Below the pieces are notes generated by a model. The model made no database searches, had not been told where the DNA came from, and was given only the letters and a program-made list of their open reading frames with translations. Positions 1 to 9,906 of a stretch of DNA of 64,000 bases are shown in pieces (positions within the stretch are counted from its first letter, which is position 1; every line of letters begins with the position of its first letter). Source of the stretch: an uncultured Pseudomonadales bacterium. GTDB taxonomy: Bacteria > Patescibacteriota > Microgenomatia > UBA1400 > PJMF01. Where the stretch lies: positions 173,764 through 237,763 of the forward strand of contig CAYMSV010000001.1 of the NCBI GenBank assembly GCA_964393205.1. Reading direction: 5' to 3'. The position numbers and the translations under genes were made by a program.

Positions 1-1
1 A

Positions 2-490
2 CACGATCAAGAGGGCTTTGCTACAGAAGAATCTATGGTTGCCAAACAAGCGATGGATAAGCGTCTGCGAAAACTAGAAACACTATTGCCCGAATTGCCA
101 AAGCCGGTTATCTTTGGAGCAAAACCACAAGAAGCCAAGAAAATTCTAATTAGTTTTGGTTCAACCATTAATGTTTTGCAAGAATTATTAAAAATGATGA
201 AAAATGAATCTCTGGAGTTACCAACAGTTATTCATTTACCCTGCGTAGCACCTTTTTTAACTAAAGATTTTAACGAACTTTGCGACTGGCAAAAGATTCA
301 GGACCGTGATCAGGAAGTTTACACCATTGAAGGGAATGCCACGGCTCAACTCGCAAGTTTAATTAGAGCTAATAGCCAATTGCAAAACATTAAAAGTTTG
401 TTGCGTTATGATGGTCGGCCTTTTTATGCAGAAGATTTACTACGATGGTTAAAAGAGGATTACTTAGATAAGGTTTATCAAATTAAATAA
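2..490 (+). CDS. C-terminal part of a 2-oxoacid:ferredoxin oxidoreductase alpha subunit. The ORF is open to the window edge, so the gene is 5'-truncated.
   Basis: Frame 2 is open from position 2. The ORF ends 7 nt before the TPP-binding beta subunit gene, which suggests a korA-korB operon. No diagnostic motif lies in the visible part. Confidence 0.45.
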   Translation, partial: HDQEGFATEESMVAKQAMDKRLRKLETLLPELPKPVIFGAKPQEAKKILISFGSTINVLQELLKMMKNESLELPTVIHLPCVAPFLTKDFNELCDWQKIQDRDQEVYTIEGNATAQLASLIRANSQLQNIKSLLRYDGRPFYAEDLLRWLKEDYLDKVYQIK

Positions 491-496
491 AATATT

Positions 497-1354
497 ATGT
501 CTATTCAAAATCAAGATCTAGCCTCACCTATTTCTCCCACTTGGTGTCCGGGGTGTGGTAATTTTAGTATTTTAACTGCTCTCAAAAAAGCTTTGGTGGA
601 AATGAACCTAGATTTGTCTGAAGCGGTGATAGTTTTTGGTATTGGTTGTAGTGGTAATATGGCGGATTTTATCAAAATTAACGGTTTTCATGCTTTGCAT
701 GGTCGAGCTATCAGTAATGCTATTGGTATTAAATTAGCCAACCATCGATTGAAGGTGATTGTTGCCGGTGGAGATGGTGATTTATATGGTGAAGGTTTAA
801 GTCATTTGCTCGCGGCTGCTAGAGGCAATCATGATGTTACTGTTTTGGTACATAATAATGAGCGCTATAGTTTAACTACCGGACAAGTGTCGCCATCAAG
901 CAAAAAAGGTACAAAGGCTAAATCTACTCCTCAAGGAGTAATTGAAGAAGCAATTAATCCTTTGGCTTTGGCGATTAGCGCCAACGCAAGTTTTGTGGCT
1001 AGAGCTTTTGCTGGTCAAGTTCAAGAGTTGGTTGAATTAATTAAACAAGCCATTAATCATGAAGGCTTTTCTTTAGTCGATATTTTGCAACCTTGTCCAA
1101 CTTTTAATAAGAATCAAGACAACAAGTGGTATATGGAAAATACTCAAGCGCTAAAAGCTGATTATGAATTAAATGATCAGGTGAAGGCCATGAAACAAGT
1201 ATTGAAAAAGGATGCTTTAGAATTGGGTTTGTTTTATCTCGACCAAGAAAGATTGGCTTATCATCAAGAATTAGAACGATTAAAAGAAAAAAGCCTAGTA
1301 GAGCAATTTCCCTTAGAGCAAAATTTAGAAAAGGCCATCAAACAATTTATTTAA
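497..1354 (+). CDS. korB: 2-oxoglutarate/pyruvate:ferredoxin oxidoreductase beta subunit (TPP-binding)
   Basis: CPGCGNF motif and a GGDGD TPP-binding loop; typical OFOR beta-subunit length. Confidence 0.8.
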   Translation: MSIQNQDLASPISPTWCPGCGNFSILTALKKALVEMNLDLSEAVIVFGIGCSGNMADFIKINGFHALHGRAISNAIGIKLANHRLKVIVAGGDGDLYGEGLSHLLAAARGNHDVTVLVHNNERYSLTTGQVSPSSKKGTKAKSTPQGVIEEAINPLALAISANASFVARAFAGQVQELVELIKQAINHEGFSLVDILQPCPTFNKNQDNKWYMENTQALKADYELNDQVKAMKQVLKKDALELGLFYLDQERLAYHQELERLKEKSLVEQFPLEQNLEKAIKQFI

Positions 1355-1784
1355 GTTTTTTAGGGCGATAACCCTGGCTGGAAGTTGAAAGACCAACTCT
1401 GTCTTCGGCATGAAGATGAAAGTATTTTTTATCTTCCCAGCCTCGTTGACGATAGACTAAGGTGTTGGCTGTCAGCTTAAAAGCGCTATAATTTCTGATC
1501 CTACCATTAATTCTTTTTGCTATAAACTCTTTTTCAGCATACAGTACTCCCCCTTGATTTTCTAAAAAAATTGGAGTTCCAGGTGGGAAAGAATATAGTT
1601 TTCTTTCCTTGCTTTCATGACCATTAAAAGCATGATTTATAGTTTTTGAAATTCTTGTATGGCTAAGAGGTTCCTGAGCCGGAATTATAGACTCTAGATC
1701 ACTATCCTCACTTGTTTGTTCGCTTTGTTTTTTATTCCAATCCAGCAAAGAAGGTTGCTGGACTTTTTTTTCTTTTTTGCTCAT
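1347..1784 (-). CDS. hypothetical protein
   Basis: 145-aa ORF; its stop overlaps the start of the upstream cyclophilin gene (ATGA overlap); no recognisable motif. Confidence 0.4.
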   Translation of the reverse strand: MSKKEKKVQQPSLLDWNKKQSEQTSEDSDLESIIPAQEPLSHTRISKTINHAFNGHESKERKLYSFPPGTPIFLENQGGVLYAEKEFIAKRINGRIRNYSAFKLTANTLVYRQRGWEDKKYFHLHAEDRVGLSTSSQGYRPKKLK

Positions 1785-2506
1785 TAATCAGTATTTACTA
1801 CTACTGATTCTACCACAACTGGTTCAACTGGCCGAGACTTTTCTCCAGAAAGGCTCATTTCTACAGGAGCTGTAGCAATAGCGTCAACTACTTCCATGCC
1901 TTCAATTACTTGGCCAAAAATAACGTAATTTTTTGGTAATTTGTAATCTTGATGCATGATAAAAAATTGACTGCCGTTAGTGTTGGGTCCAGAATTAGCC
2001 ATAGCAACAGTGCCGCGTTGATATTCACCACTAAAATCCTCATCATCAAAGCGATATCCTGGAGAGCCAGTGCCGTCACCACGAGGATCACCGCCCTGAA
2101 TCATGAAACCGTCGATTACACGATGAAAAATAGTTCCGTCATAAAAACCCTGTTGAGCTAAGTACACGAAGTTATTGCTGGTAATAGGCGTTCTTTTGGT
2201 GTCTAGTTGGATAACTATTGATCCTTTTTCAGTATTGAGGGTAACCGAGTAGCTTTTGTTTGAATCTATAAGCATTTCTGGTTTAGCTAAAGTTTTATTG
2301 GCAGAAAGAGTGGCTGGCATACTGTAATCCTGTTCTTGTTTTTTATTTGATACTACTTGTTGTTCTAGGTCCTTAATTTCTATTTTAGAAGTATCGCCGA
2401 TATCATCTAAATTTTGGGATTTTGGCTCAGCTTTGCTGAGACTAAAAATTAGAGCTAAGCCCAAAAATGTGCTAGTAACAATAAAAATTAAAGTATTTTT
2501 TTTCAT
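1784..2506 (-). CDS. ppiB: cyclophilin-type peptidyl-prolyl cis-trans isomerase with an N-terminal signal/TM segment
   Basis: FHRVIDGFMIQGGDP...GSQFFI cyclophilin signature; hydrophobic N-terminus. Confidence 0.85.
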   Translation of the reverse strand: MKKNTLIFIVTSTFLGLALIFSLSKAEPKSQNLDDIGDTSKIEIKDLEQQVVSNKKQEQDYSMPATLSANKTLAKPEMLIDSNKSYSVTLNTEKGSIVIQLDTKRTPITSNNFVYLAQQGFYDGTIFHRVIDGFMIQGGDPRGDGTGSPGYRFDDEDFSGEYQRGTVAMANSGPNTNGSQFFIMHQDYKLPKNYVIFGQVIEGMEVVDAIATAPVEMSLSGEKSRPVEPVVVESVVVNTD

Positions 2507-2815
2507 AATCTTAAACTGAGGTTTATTAGTATATCATAGTCACAAACAACTGCTAATTCCAAGCTTTAATAAAGCTTAATGACTTATTGGCTTGATTTTT
2601 TTAGCAATCAATAAAGAACTCTGCTAGATATAGCCAAAAAGGCTTTTAATTGATATATCTTGTATTATTTTGATATATTTTGATAGTTTTTAATCAAATT
2701 AATCAAGTTTATAGAGATATTAAACTTTGATGAAAGAGCTTTTTTTTGGTAAAATTGCCTTTTCGTCTTCTCTTGTATTAAAGTAAGACAAGTTCACAGC
2801 TTATTTAAGTAAATA

Positions 2816-4021
2816 ATGAAATTATTGTTGAGAAAAGACTATCTAACCCTATTTTTAATCAAGGTAACTGAGGTTCTTGGTTTTTCTCTTATTTTACCCT
2901 TTCTACCCTTCTATGCTCAAGAATTGGGAGCAAACCCACTCCAAATATCTTTTATATTAGCTGTTTTTTCTTTCTTTCAATTTTTTATGTCTCCAGTGAT
3001 GGGAAAACTATCAGATATTTATGGTCGTAAGCCCTTGTTACTTTTTTCACAACTAATGACAGCAATTAGTTTTTTAGTTTTTGGCTTGGCCAATTCTGTT
3101 TGGATTTTGATCTTATCTAGAATTATCGATGGACTCTTTGGTAGTAATTTTGTAATTGCACAGGCTTATTTGAGTGATATTTCTAGCAAAGAAGATAGAA
3201 CAGTAGCTATGGGTATTAGTGGTATGGCTTTTGGTTTTGGTTTTCTAGTAGGACCAGCACTGGGAGGTTTTTTGGCTGAACGTTTTTCTTATTCTCTACC
3301 GGCTTTTTTAGCTGCTGGTTTATCAGGTTTAACGATGTTAATGACTGTTTTCTTATTAAAAGAAACAGTGAAGCGTAAAGCTCTAAATAAAGCCCAACTA
3401 AAAGTTTTTTCGGAAATATTTAAGTTCAAAGATTTTATAAAATATTTTAAAAATCAAAAATTAAGAGATTTATTTTTAATTATGTTTTTATTTTTAAGCA
3501 CTCAAGTCATTTTAACCAGTAACATAGCCATTTATAGTGATAAAAAATTTGGGATGAATGCTCAAGACATGGGTTTGGTGTTAACGGGTATTGGTTTGGT
3601 TAGTATAGTTATGCAAGGTGGTTTATTAAACCAGTTGATTAAAAGATTTAGAGAGTCAAATTTATTTTATTTTTCCTTTTTTTCGATTTTTTCCTCTTTT
3701 TTACTTTTGTTAGTTGTTAATCAAAAAAAATTATTTTTTTTACCAATGATGTTGGTGGCTATTGGTTGGGGTCTTTTTAGACCAATTATTTTGGGTAATA
3801 TTTCTAGACAAGCATCAGAAAAAGAACAAGGAGCGACACTAGGTGTGGCTAGCTCTCTAGGCAGTATTTCACAAATCATTGGACCGATTATTGGTGGGTT
3901 TATTTTATCTAATTTCCATTATGAATATTTAATTTATTTTGAAATTATGCTGTTTATTTTAGTTGGAGTATTTATTAGTCGTTTGGGTTCCGTCAAAAAC
4001 TATCGTTCATCAAAAAGATAG
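2816..4021 (+). CDS. MFS transporter
   Basis: About 12 predicted TM helices; MFS motif region GKLSDIYGRKP in loop 2-3. Confidence 0.8.
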   Translation: MKLLLRKDYLTLFLIKVTEVLGFSLILPFLPFYAQELGANPLQISFILAVFSFFQFFMSPVMGKLSDIYGRKPLLLFSQLMTAISFLVFGLANSVWILILSRIIDGLFGSNFVIAQAYLSDISSKEDRTVAMGISGMAFGFGFLVGPALGGFLAERFSYSLPAFLAAGLSGLTMLMTVFLLKETVKRKALNKAQLKVFSEIFKFKDFIKYFKNQKLRDLFLIMFLFLSTQVILTSNIAIYSDKKFGMNAQDMGLVLTGIGLVSIVMQGGLLNQLIKRFRESNLFYFSFFSIFSSFLLLLVVNQKKLFFLPMMLVAIGWGLFRPIILGNISRQASEKEQGATLGVASSLGSISQIIGPIIGGFILSNFHYEYLIYFEIMLFILVGVFISRLGSVKNYRSSKR

Positions 4022-4026
4022 TTTGT

Positions 4027-5664
4027 TTAATTTTTAAAAATTTTATTAAAAATTTCTTCACTCGACAATTTTTCAAAATTTTCAAAAACGATGATGGTCG
4101 GGTGATCAAAAACTCGAAAAGTTTCTTCTATTCCATCATCTTTAATTTCAATGCCTAAAAAATTCGGATAAGAATTAAATTGAGCAACTTGTTTGTAACC
4201 GAGCTGTTCTTCAAATAAGAGTTTGTAGTATTGTTTGGTGTGGGGATGGTTTGGACTGCGAGGAATTGATTTATAAAGTCGGCGACTAGCTATAATTAAG
4301 TAATCTCCTTCAGCTAGCTGTGATGTCAAGGTTTTGAATTTTTCCATATTATCAAGTTGATAGAGTTTTAAAGTTCGATGTTGATAACTAATGCTAGAGC
4401 CTGTAGTTTTGGGGAGGCGCTCGTCCCATTCTTCAACAAGTATGGTGCTTTGATCAGCAATATTTTTTTCAATCCAGTTTGACGCAGTAATTCTCGTGTG
4501 TTCTTTTCTAAAAATTTTTAAGAAAGACAGACTCCAAACACCATTAACTAATAAAAGAATAATCAGAATTAATTTATAAAACTTATGATTTTTTAGATGA
4601 TTAATAGTTAAACTTGCTAATAAAATCATAACTGGAATAAAAGGTAATAAATATCGATTAAATTTTGCATACCATGAGCCAATATAAATAAAATAGACAA
4701 GAGAATAAATTAAAAATGGCCAAATTACTAAGTATCGTTTTCTATTTTTTAGTAACAAATAGATGCCCCAACCAGCTGTAAAAACAAGGATTGGAGAGCT
4801 GAGCCAAACCAAATTTCTAATTTGAAAAAGATAAGGAATGGTATCAATGAATTGCATAGTGTAAAAAATTGTTTGTTTGCCATTAACCACTGCCCTCTCG
4901 TAGTTCATTGATGTTAAAAACTCATCAAAATAGATGATAGTGTTTGGAGAAACAATAAAAAATACTAAAAAAGTAAAGACTAAGAAAATAAAAAATTTTA
5001 TTAGAGTTTTTAATTTTAACTTGTGAATCATGAGAACTGAAATAAAAGGAATTAGGGCAAAGCTTAATGCAGAAGTTTTAGTACCAATACTAATTCCTAA
5101 AACAATAGCCATTAATAAAAAGAATTTTTGATTTTTTGTTTTTAAAAATTTAATTGATAGGTAGGTTAATCCTAGTAATTCTAAAACCAAGAGACTTTCT
5201 GTTACTCCATAGTGAGCATGTTGAATAAAGCCAACAGTAGTGGCGGCTAAAAAAGCGCTTATTAGAGCTATTTTTTTATTAAAAACTAGCTTTGAAATTA
5301 AATAAAAGAGATAAACGCTAAACAAAGAAAATAAAGCAGAATGAAAGCGAGCAATAAAGCTAATTTTTCCCCAATCGTTTAAATAAGAAGGATTATTAGT
5401 TAATTTACTTACAAGCTGAGAACTTATATCAATGAGAAAAAGAGGAAAACCGTTGTAAGCATAAAATTCTGGGTTGATTTTTTTTGGCCAACTAAGTCTT
5501 GTAACCGCAGCAATAATATTACGCTCATCTGGGTGTAGGGTTAAACCTTGATCCCAATTAAGATTGTTAAAGCGCAGATAAGTAGCAAAAATTAAAATAA
5601 TAGCGAGGACAAAATAGTGAAAAAAAGCTTTATTTCTGATTTTCTTAAATGGTTTTTTTATCAC
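4027..5664 (-). CDS. GT-C fold membrane glycosyltransferase (GT39/GT83, ArnT/PMT-like)
   Basis: Polytopic N-terminal domain with an HPDER (DE) motif in the first extracytoplasmic loop after TM1, plus a C-terminal soluble domain, as in ArnT/Pmt. Confidence 0.65.
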   Translation of the reverse strand: MIKKPFKKIRNKAFFHYFVLAIILIFATYLRFNNLNWDQGLTLHPDERNIIAAVTRLSWPKKINPEFYAYNGFPLFLIDISSQLVSKLTNNPSYLNDWGKISFIARFHSALFSLFSVYLFYLISKLVFNKKIALISAFLAATTVGFIQHAHYGVTESLLVLELLGLTYLSIKFLKTKNQKFFLLMAIVLGISIGTKTSALSFALIPFISVLMIHKLKLKTLIKFFIFLVFTFLVFFIVSPNTIIYFDEFLTSMNYERAVVNGKQTIFYTMQFIDTIPYLFQIRNLVWLSSPILVFTAGWGIYLLLKNRKRYLVIWPFLIYSLVYFIYIGSWYAKFNRYLLPFIPVMILLASLTINHLKNHKFYKLILIILLLVNGVWSLSFLKIFRKEHTRITASNWIEKNIADQSTILVEEWDERLPKTTGSSISYQHRTLKLYQLDNMEKFKTLTSQLAEGDYLIIASRRLYKSIPRSPNHPHTKQYYKLLFEEQLGYKQVAQFNSYPNFLGIEIKDDGIEETFRVFDHPTIIVFENFEKLSSEEIFNKIFKN

Positions 5665-5781
5665 AAAATAATGTTACAACAAAACTAAAGCTTTTACATT
5701 TCTAATAAACAAATAACAAATTATTGAAATTGTTGTATATTAGTTATATATAAATTTTTTTGGTCTTTTTAGCATTTAAAC

Positions 5782-7404
5782 TTGTTTATGAAACTATCTT
5801 TTTTTAAAAAAATAAGCCCTTATTTGATAAATCTTCTTATTATTATATTAATTTCCTTTTTCAGCGTTTCTTTTTTGAAGGACGCCTTTTCAACAAGAAT
5901 ACCTGTGGGTGACATTTTCCAGTTTATATCTGATGGTAAAATTTATGCTCGGTGGCGATTGCCAGAGCCAATTTTTATTCCTCCAGCAAATCCTATTTTA
6001 ACCAATATTTTAGCTGGTTTTCTAAAACAAGAATATCCTGAAGTTATTGCCGCTTTTTTAATTAGTACTTGGTCTAATATTATACTTTTATTTTTGCTTT
6101 TATTTTATTTGCAAAGAAAAATTAAACACAAGTTTTTGTTAATTCCTTTTTTTATTTTATTAGTTACTAATCCGGTTGCTATGAGAGCAATGTTGACTGG
6201 TAATTCAAATGCTCTATTTGGTTTATTAGCTTTTCTTAATTTAATTGTATATGAAAAGAATAAAAAAATAGCCTATTTATTAAGTGCTATTTTGATTTTA
6301 GTGCGCTATGAGGCGATAACCCTGCTCGGAACTTTTTTATTAATGGATTTTTATTTTAGTTTTTTTGGAAATAAAAAAGTATGTACTAAGCTTTGTTTAA
6401 AAAACCTAATAAAAAAAACATGGTTTAAATATGCGGCAATTGGCTTTGCAATAACTGCATCTTGGTTTCTGTTCGTTATTTTGTGGAATAAATATTATGA
6501 TCATCATTATGGCGTCTATTATGTCCACGAGGTGTTTTCTCGTAGTAAATCTATTCCCAATTTAAAGTATTTATTAAAATTTAGCAATTTATTTATTGGT
6601 AAAGATTGGTGGTGGGATGATCAAAGTGCCCTAATCAATTCTTTATTAACTCAAATTTCTTTTGTATCTTTGTTTTTTTCTTTTTTAATTTCTTTTCGAA
6701 AGAAAAATAAGGTTATTCTGAGTTATATAGTTTTCACTACTTTTTATCTACTAATTCATACTTTTTTCCCATCTGCTAGTTATCGTTATTTTTTTCCAAT
6801 TTTGACTCCAGTATTAATTTGTCATTTCTATTTAATAGATCTTTTTTTAAGCAAATTTAAAACCAATCAACATGATCTTTTATTTAAAACTACGGCCTTG
6901 ATTTTAATTTTTTCATTAAGTGTTTCTATTTCTAGATTTAATTTTAGAGAAAATAAATTAAATAAAGAGGTAATGAATAATCAACATGCAGAAATTAAAG
7001 CTGTAATCAAGTGGATAGCAAAGCAAGAATTCAGCGAAAAACAATACATTGTTGGTTTCAACATGTTCCCTTATTTTAATAAAAATCCTATGGTTGTTTA
7101 TTTGCAATATTTAACGGGTTGTAATAGTGTTCGCTGTATTGTGGATAGAGCAGAATTTGACAGAAAAGAAACTATCAGGAATTTATGGGTAGTTAAAACG
7201 GCAGACAGTCAAATTTTAACTGAGTTTAAAATAAACGAAATGGGTGCTAATGTTTTTAATAATCAATTGGAAGAGAGCTGTCTTAAAGAAATACATCGAA
7301 TAGACATTGAGAACACTTATGAATGGGAGGATGAAAGATTAGCCATTGTTTATGAATACAATTATGTTGAGTGTCAAGAGCTAGATCTTGGTGAACTTTA
7401 TTAA
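5782..7404 (+). CDS. polytopic membrane protein with a C-terminal soluble domain, possibly GT-C-like
   Basis: About 10 TM helices followed by a ~170-aa hydrophilic domain; the architecture resembles its neighbours, but no DE motif is present. Confidence 0.5.
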   Translation: MFMKLSFFKKISPYLINLLIIILISFFSVSFLKDAFSTRIPVGDIFQFISDGKIYARWRLPEPIFIPPANPILTNILAGFLKQEYPEVIAAFLISTWSNIILLFLLLFYLQRKIKHKFLLIPFFILLVTNPVAMRAMLTGNSNALFGLLAFLNLIVYEKNKKIAYLLSAILILVRYEAITLLGTFLLMDFYFSFFGNKKVCTKLCLKNLIKKTWFKYAAIGFAITASWFLFVILWNKYYDHHYGVYYVHEVFSRSKSIPNLKYLLKFSNLFIGKDWWWDDQSALINSLLTQISFVSLFFSFLISFRKKNKVILSYIVFTTFYLLIHTFFPSASYRYFFPILTPVLICHFYLIDLFLSKFKTNQHDLLFKTTALILIFSLSVSISRFNFRENKLNKEVMNNQHAEIKAVIKWIAKQEFSEKQYIVGFNMFPYFNKNPMVVYLQYLTGCNSVRCIVDRAEFDRKETIRNLWVVKTADSQILTEFKINEMGANVFNNQLEESCLKEIHRIDIENTYEWEDERLAIVYEYNYVECQELDLGELY

Positions 7405-7445
7405 ACACTTAATTTTTATTTTTAATAAAGGTATAATTAAGGCAT

Positions 7446-7760
7446 ATGACAAACAATAAAGTAGAAACTCCTTCTTTTGGCGGCAATGTGCATGATTTGT
7501 TAAGCTCTTTGGAAGCAATACAAGATGATAAGTCTGATTTAGAAACATTAGATCCTTATGGAAATCCATTCGAGGGTAAATCTCCAGTTGAAATGGTTGA
7601 GCAATTTTTCAATATGCATCCTGGTATAGATAATTTAGAAATTTTAGAACAGAGGCTTGGTGATTTTTTAGCGGGAGAAAAAAATGATCAGATGCCTGAA
7701 GTTTACCAACAGGTTTCTGACAAAATACAAGAACTTAAGTTGGCCTCGCAAACTAAATAA
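7446..7760 (+). CDS. hypothetical acidic protein
   Basis: 104-aa ORF sitting between two membrane-protein genes. Confidence 0.35.
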   Translation: MTNNKVETPSFGGNVHDLLSSLEAIQDDKSDLETLDPYGNPFEGKSPVEMVEQFFNMHPGIDNLEILEQRLGDFLAGEKNDQMPEVYQQVSDKIQELKLASQTK

Positions 7761-7816
7761 ATCAAACGATAAGTTAAAGAGTGTTTCGTTTACTTAAATA
7801 TTGGTTTAACTAAGTA

Positions 7817-9505
7817 ATGAAAAAGAAAAGGGATCTTTTTTTAGTTTTAGCAGTTATCTTATATTTTTTGTCTTTATTACTTGTTTATTTTGATAGAAAT
7901 TATTTTTATCGTTGGTTTGCTTTAGTTTTATCACTTATTCCTTTATTTCTTGTTTTATTTATTTATTTAAAGTCTTTGGGCGACATAAAATTTTTTAAAG
8001 AAAAAAAGTTTTTACTTGGACTAATTGTTGTTTTTATTTTAGCTACGTCAACAAGGTTTTTTCTATTAGCTAATTATCCTTTTGTTAGTGTTGGGGATGA
8101 AGTCAGAGAGCCAGGATATAATACGCAAAGAATTGAAAATGGAAAAGTTAAAAACATATTTGCCTATGGTCAATATGACGCTTATGGTTTAATTATTTCC
8201 ACCTCAACCTTGGGTTTCTATAAGATTTTTGGAGGATCAGTTTTAACTTATCGAATTCCTGCCGCGATAGTTTCAATTTTAGATATAGTCTGTATTTATC
8301 TCTTGCTTATTTTCGTGACAAAAAACGTATTAGCGTCCTTTCTAGGATCTATGGCTCTTATTTCTTTACCGCTACATTTATATTATTCTCGTACAGAATT
8401 AGTAGTTATACTCAGTAGTCTTTTCTCTACTTTAAACTTAATAGCTTTATTTGTTTTTTTAAAAAGAAAGTCAAGAAGTCTTGTTGACTATGTTTTCTTG
8501 GGAACTCTTTTTGGGTTTAGCTTTGGATTGCATGGAAGTATAAAAGCTATGTCTCTAATTTTGATAGTAATTGTTTTCTGTATTAATTTCTTTCAATTAA
8601 TACAGAAAAAAAATTACAAAACAATTTTTAAAAGAATGTTAATATTTCTAGTGTTTATTTTGCTTGGATTTGGTCCAAGAATATTAAAAACTTCTGGACC
8701 CGATATCTTTTTTAACACATCAAGATTACCCTTTGTGAGTAAAGTTCAATATTCTAGAAGTGATTTAAGCGGCCAATCTTTGGGTCAAAAATATTTAAGA
8801 AGTTTGTTGGTGTGGATTGTAGAGCCAACTACTGCCTGGTATGCAGATCAGAAGCCAATTTTAACTCCTATTTTGTTTTCAATATTAATAATGGGGCTAG
8901 CTACAGCTATTTTTAAAAAAAACTATTATCTCTTAATTATAATATTTACTGCTTTAAGTCTACATCTGACAAACTCTGCATTAACTGACATGGTGAATGG
9001 TGATCACAGACTAAGTCCTTTACTACCCATTGGAGTAATTTTTATTGGATATGGATTGGGATTTATTTTTGAAAAATTGAAAAATAAAAAGATAAAGTGT
9101 GTTTTGTCTGCTTTTTTATTTTTATTTTTTCTAACTAAAATTTTTTATTTTTTTGAAGACCAGCCTGCTAACAAAAATAAAAATATTGGAGATTATTTGT
9201 CAATGCACATGATTTATTTTATAAACTCGAATCAATATGATGCTAAAACTAACGATAATTTGAGACTTTTAGTTTCTCCAAAGAATTATGAAAAATTTAC
9301 CACTTTGCATTATGCAGAACAGTATGAATATTTTTTACCCAATCTAAATCTTGAATTCCAGAGCACACTTGATGTGCTAGACAATGAACTATATATTATT
9401 AATGGTGAAAATGCTTATTTGCAACAGAGTCGATTAATCAATTGTAATAAAAGAAGTTATTTTTGCCCATTAAACTATAACGATAATATATTTATTTATT
9501 TTTAA
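7817..9505 (+). CDS. GT-C fold membrane glycosyltransferase-like protein (ArnT/PMT-like)
   Basis: VGDEVREPGY (DE motif) after TM1; more than 12 TM helices; C-terminal soluble domain. Confidence 0.55.
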   Translation: MKKKRDLFLVLAVILYFLSLLLVYFDRNYFYRWFALVLSLIPLFLVLFIYLKSLGDIKFFKEKKFLLGLIVVFILATSTRFFLLANYPFVSVGDEVREPGYNTQRIENGKVKNIFAYGQYDAYGLIISTSTLGFYKIFGGSVLTYRIPAAIVSILDIVCIYLLLIFVTKNVLASFLGSMALISLPLHLYYSRTELVVILSSLFSTLNLIALFVFLKRKSRSLVDYVFLGTLFGFSFGLHGSIKAMSLILIVIVFCINFFQLIQKKNYKTIFKRMLIFLVFILLGFGPRILKTSGPDIFFNTSRLPFVSKVQYSRSDLSGQSLGQKYLRSLLVWIVEPTTAWYADQKPILTPILFSILIMGLATAIFKKNYYLLIIIFTALSLHLTNSALTDMVNGDHRLSPLLPIGVIFIGYGLGFIFEKLKNKKIKCVLSAFLFLFFLTKIFYFFEDQPANKNKNIGDYLSMHMIYFINSNQYDAKTNDNLRLLVSPKNYEKFTTLHYAEQYEYFLPNLNLEFQSTLDVLDNELYIINGENAYLQQSRLINCNKRSYFCPLNYNDNIFIYF

Positions 9506-9522
9506 TTTCCTGTTGTTAGCAA

Positions 9523-9786
9523 CTATTTCTCTTGGATACTGGCTTCTGGAAGGAATTCACCAAGATAGGCGATAAAAGCTGCAATATTATCTTTTTCAAT
9601 TAAAACTTCCAGGACATAAGGAAGATCTTTTTTTAATTCACTGGTTCCCTTGATGGCATCTGATTCTGTTTGGCGATTAAAATCAAAAATCTTTTGATTA
9701 AAAATCATTTCTTCTTCAATATTTGTACATTTAGCAGCAACAACAACTTTACCCAAATCTTCTTTATTCATAGGACCTTTCTTCAA
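9523..9786 (-). CDS. hypothetical protein
   Basis: 87-aa ORF with no recognisable motif. Confidence 0.3.
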   Translation of the reverse strand: MKKGPMNKEDLGKVVVAAKCTNIEEEMIFNQKIFDFNRQTESDAIKGTSELKKDLPYVLEVLIEKDNIAAFIAYLGEFLPEASIQEK

Positions 9787-9906
9787 TAAATTTTAATATA
9801 TATAAGTATATCACAGTAGCTAAGATAAAAAAATTATTTTTCTATTATATTTTAGTAACGGAAGCTTTTTTAACACAATTGTTAGAGTTATAAATTCACC
9901 ATTAAT

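Noticed and set aside
1906-2161. Small ORFs 1906-2091 (-) and 1949-2161 (+) inside ppiB
   Set aside because: They lie in alternative frames within a well-supported cyclophilin gene.
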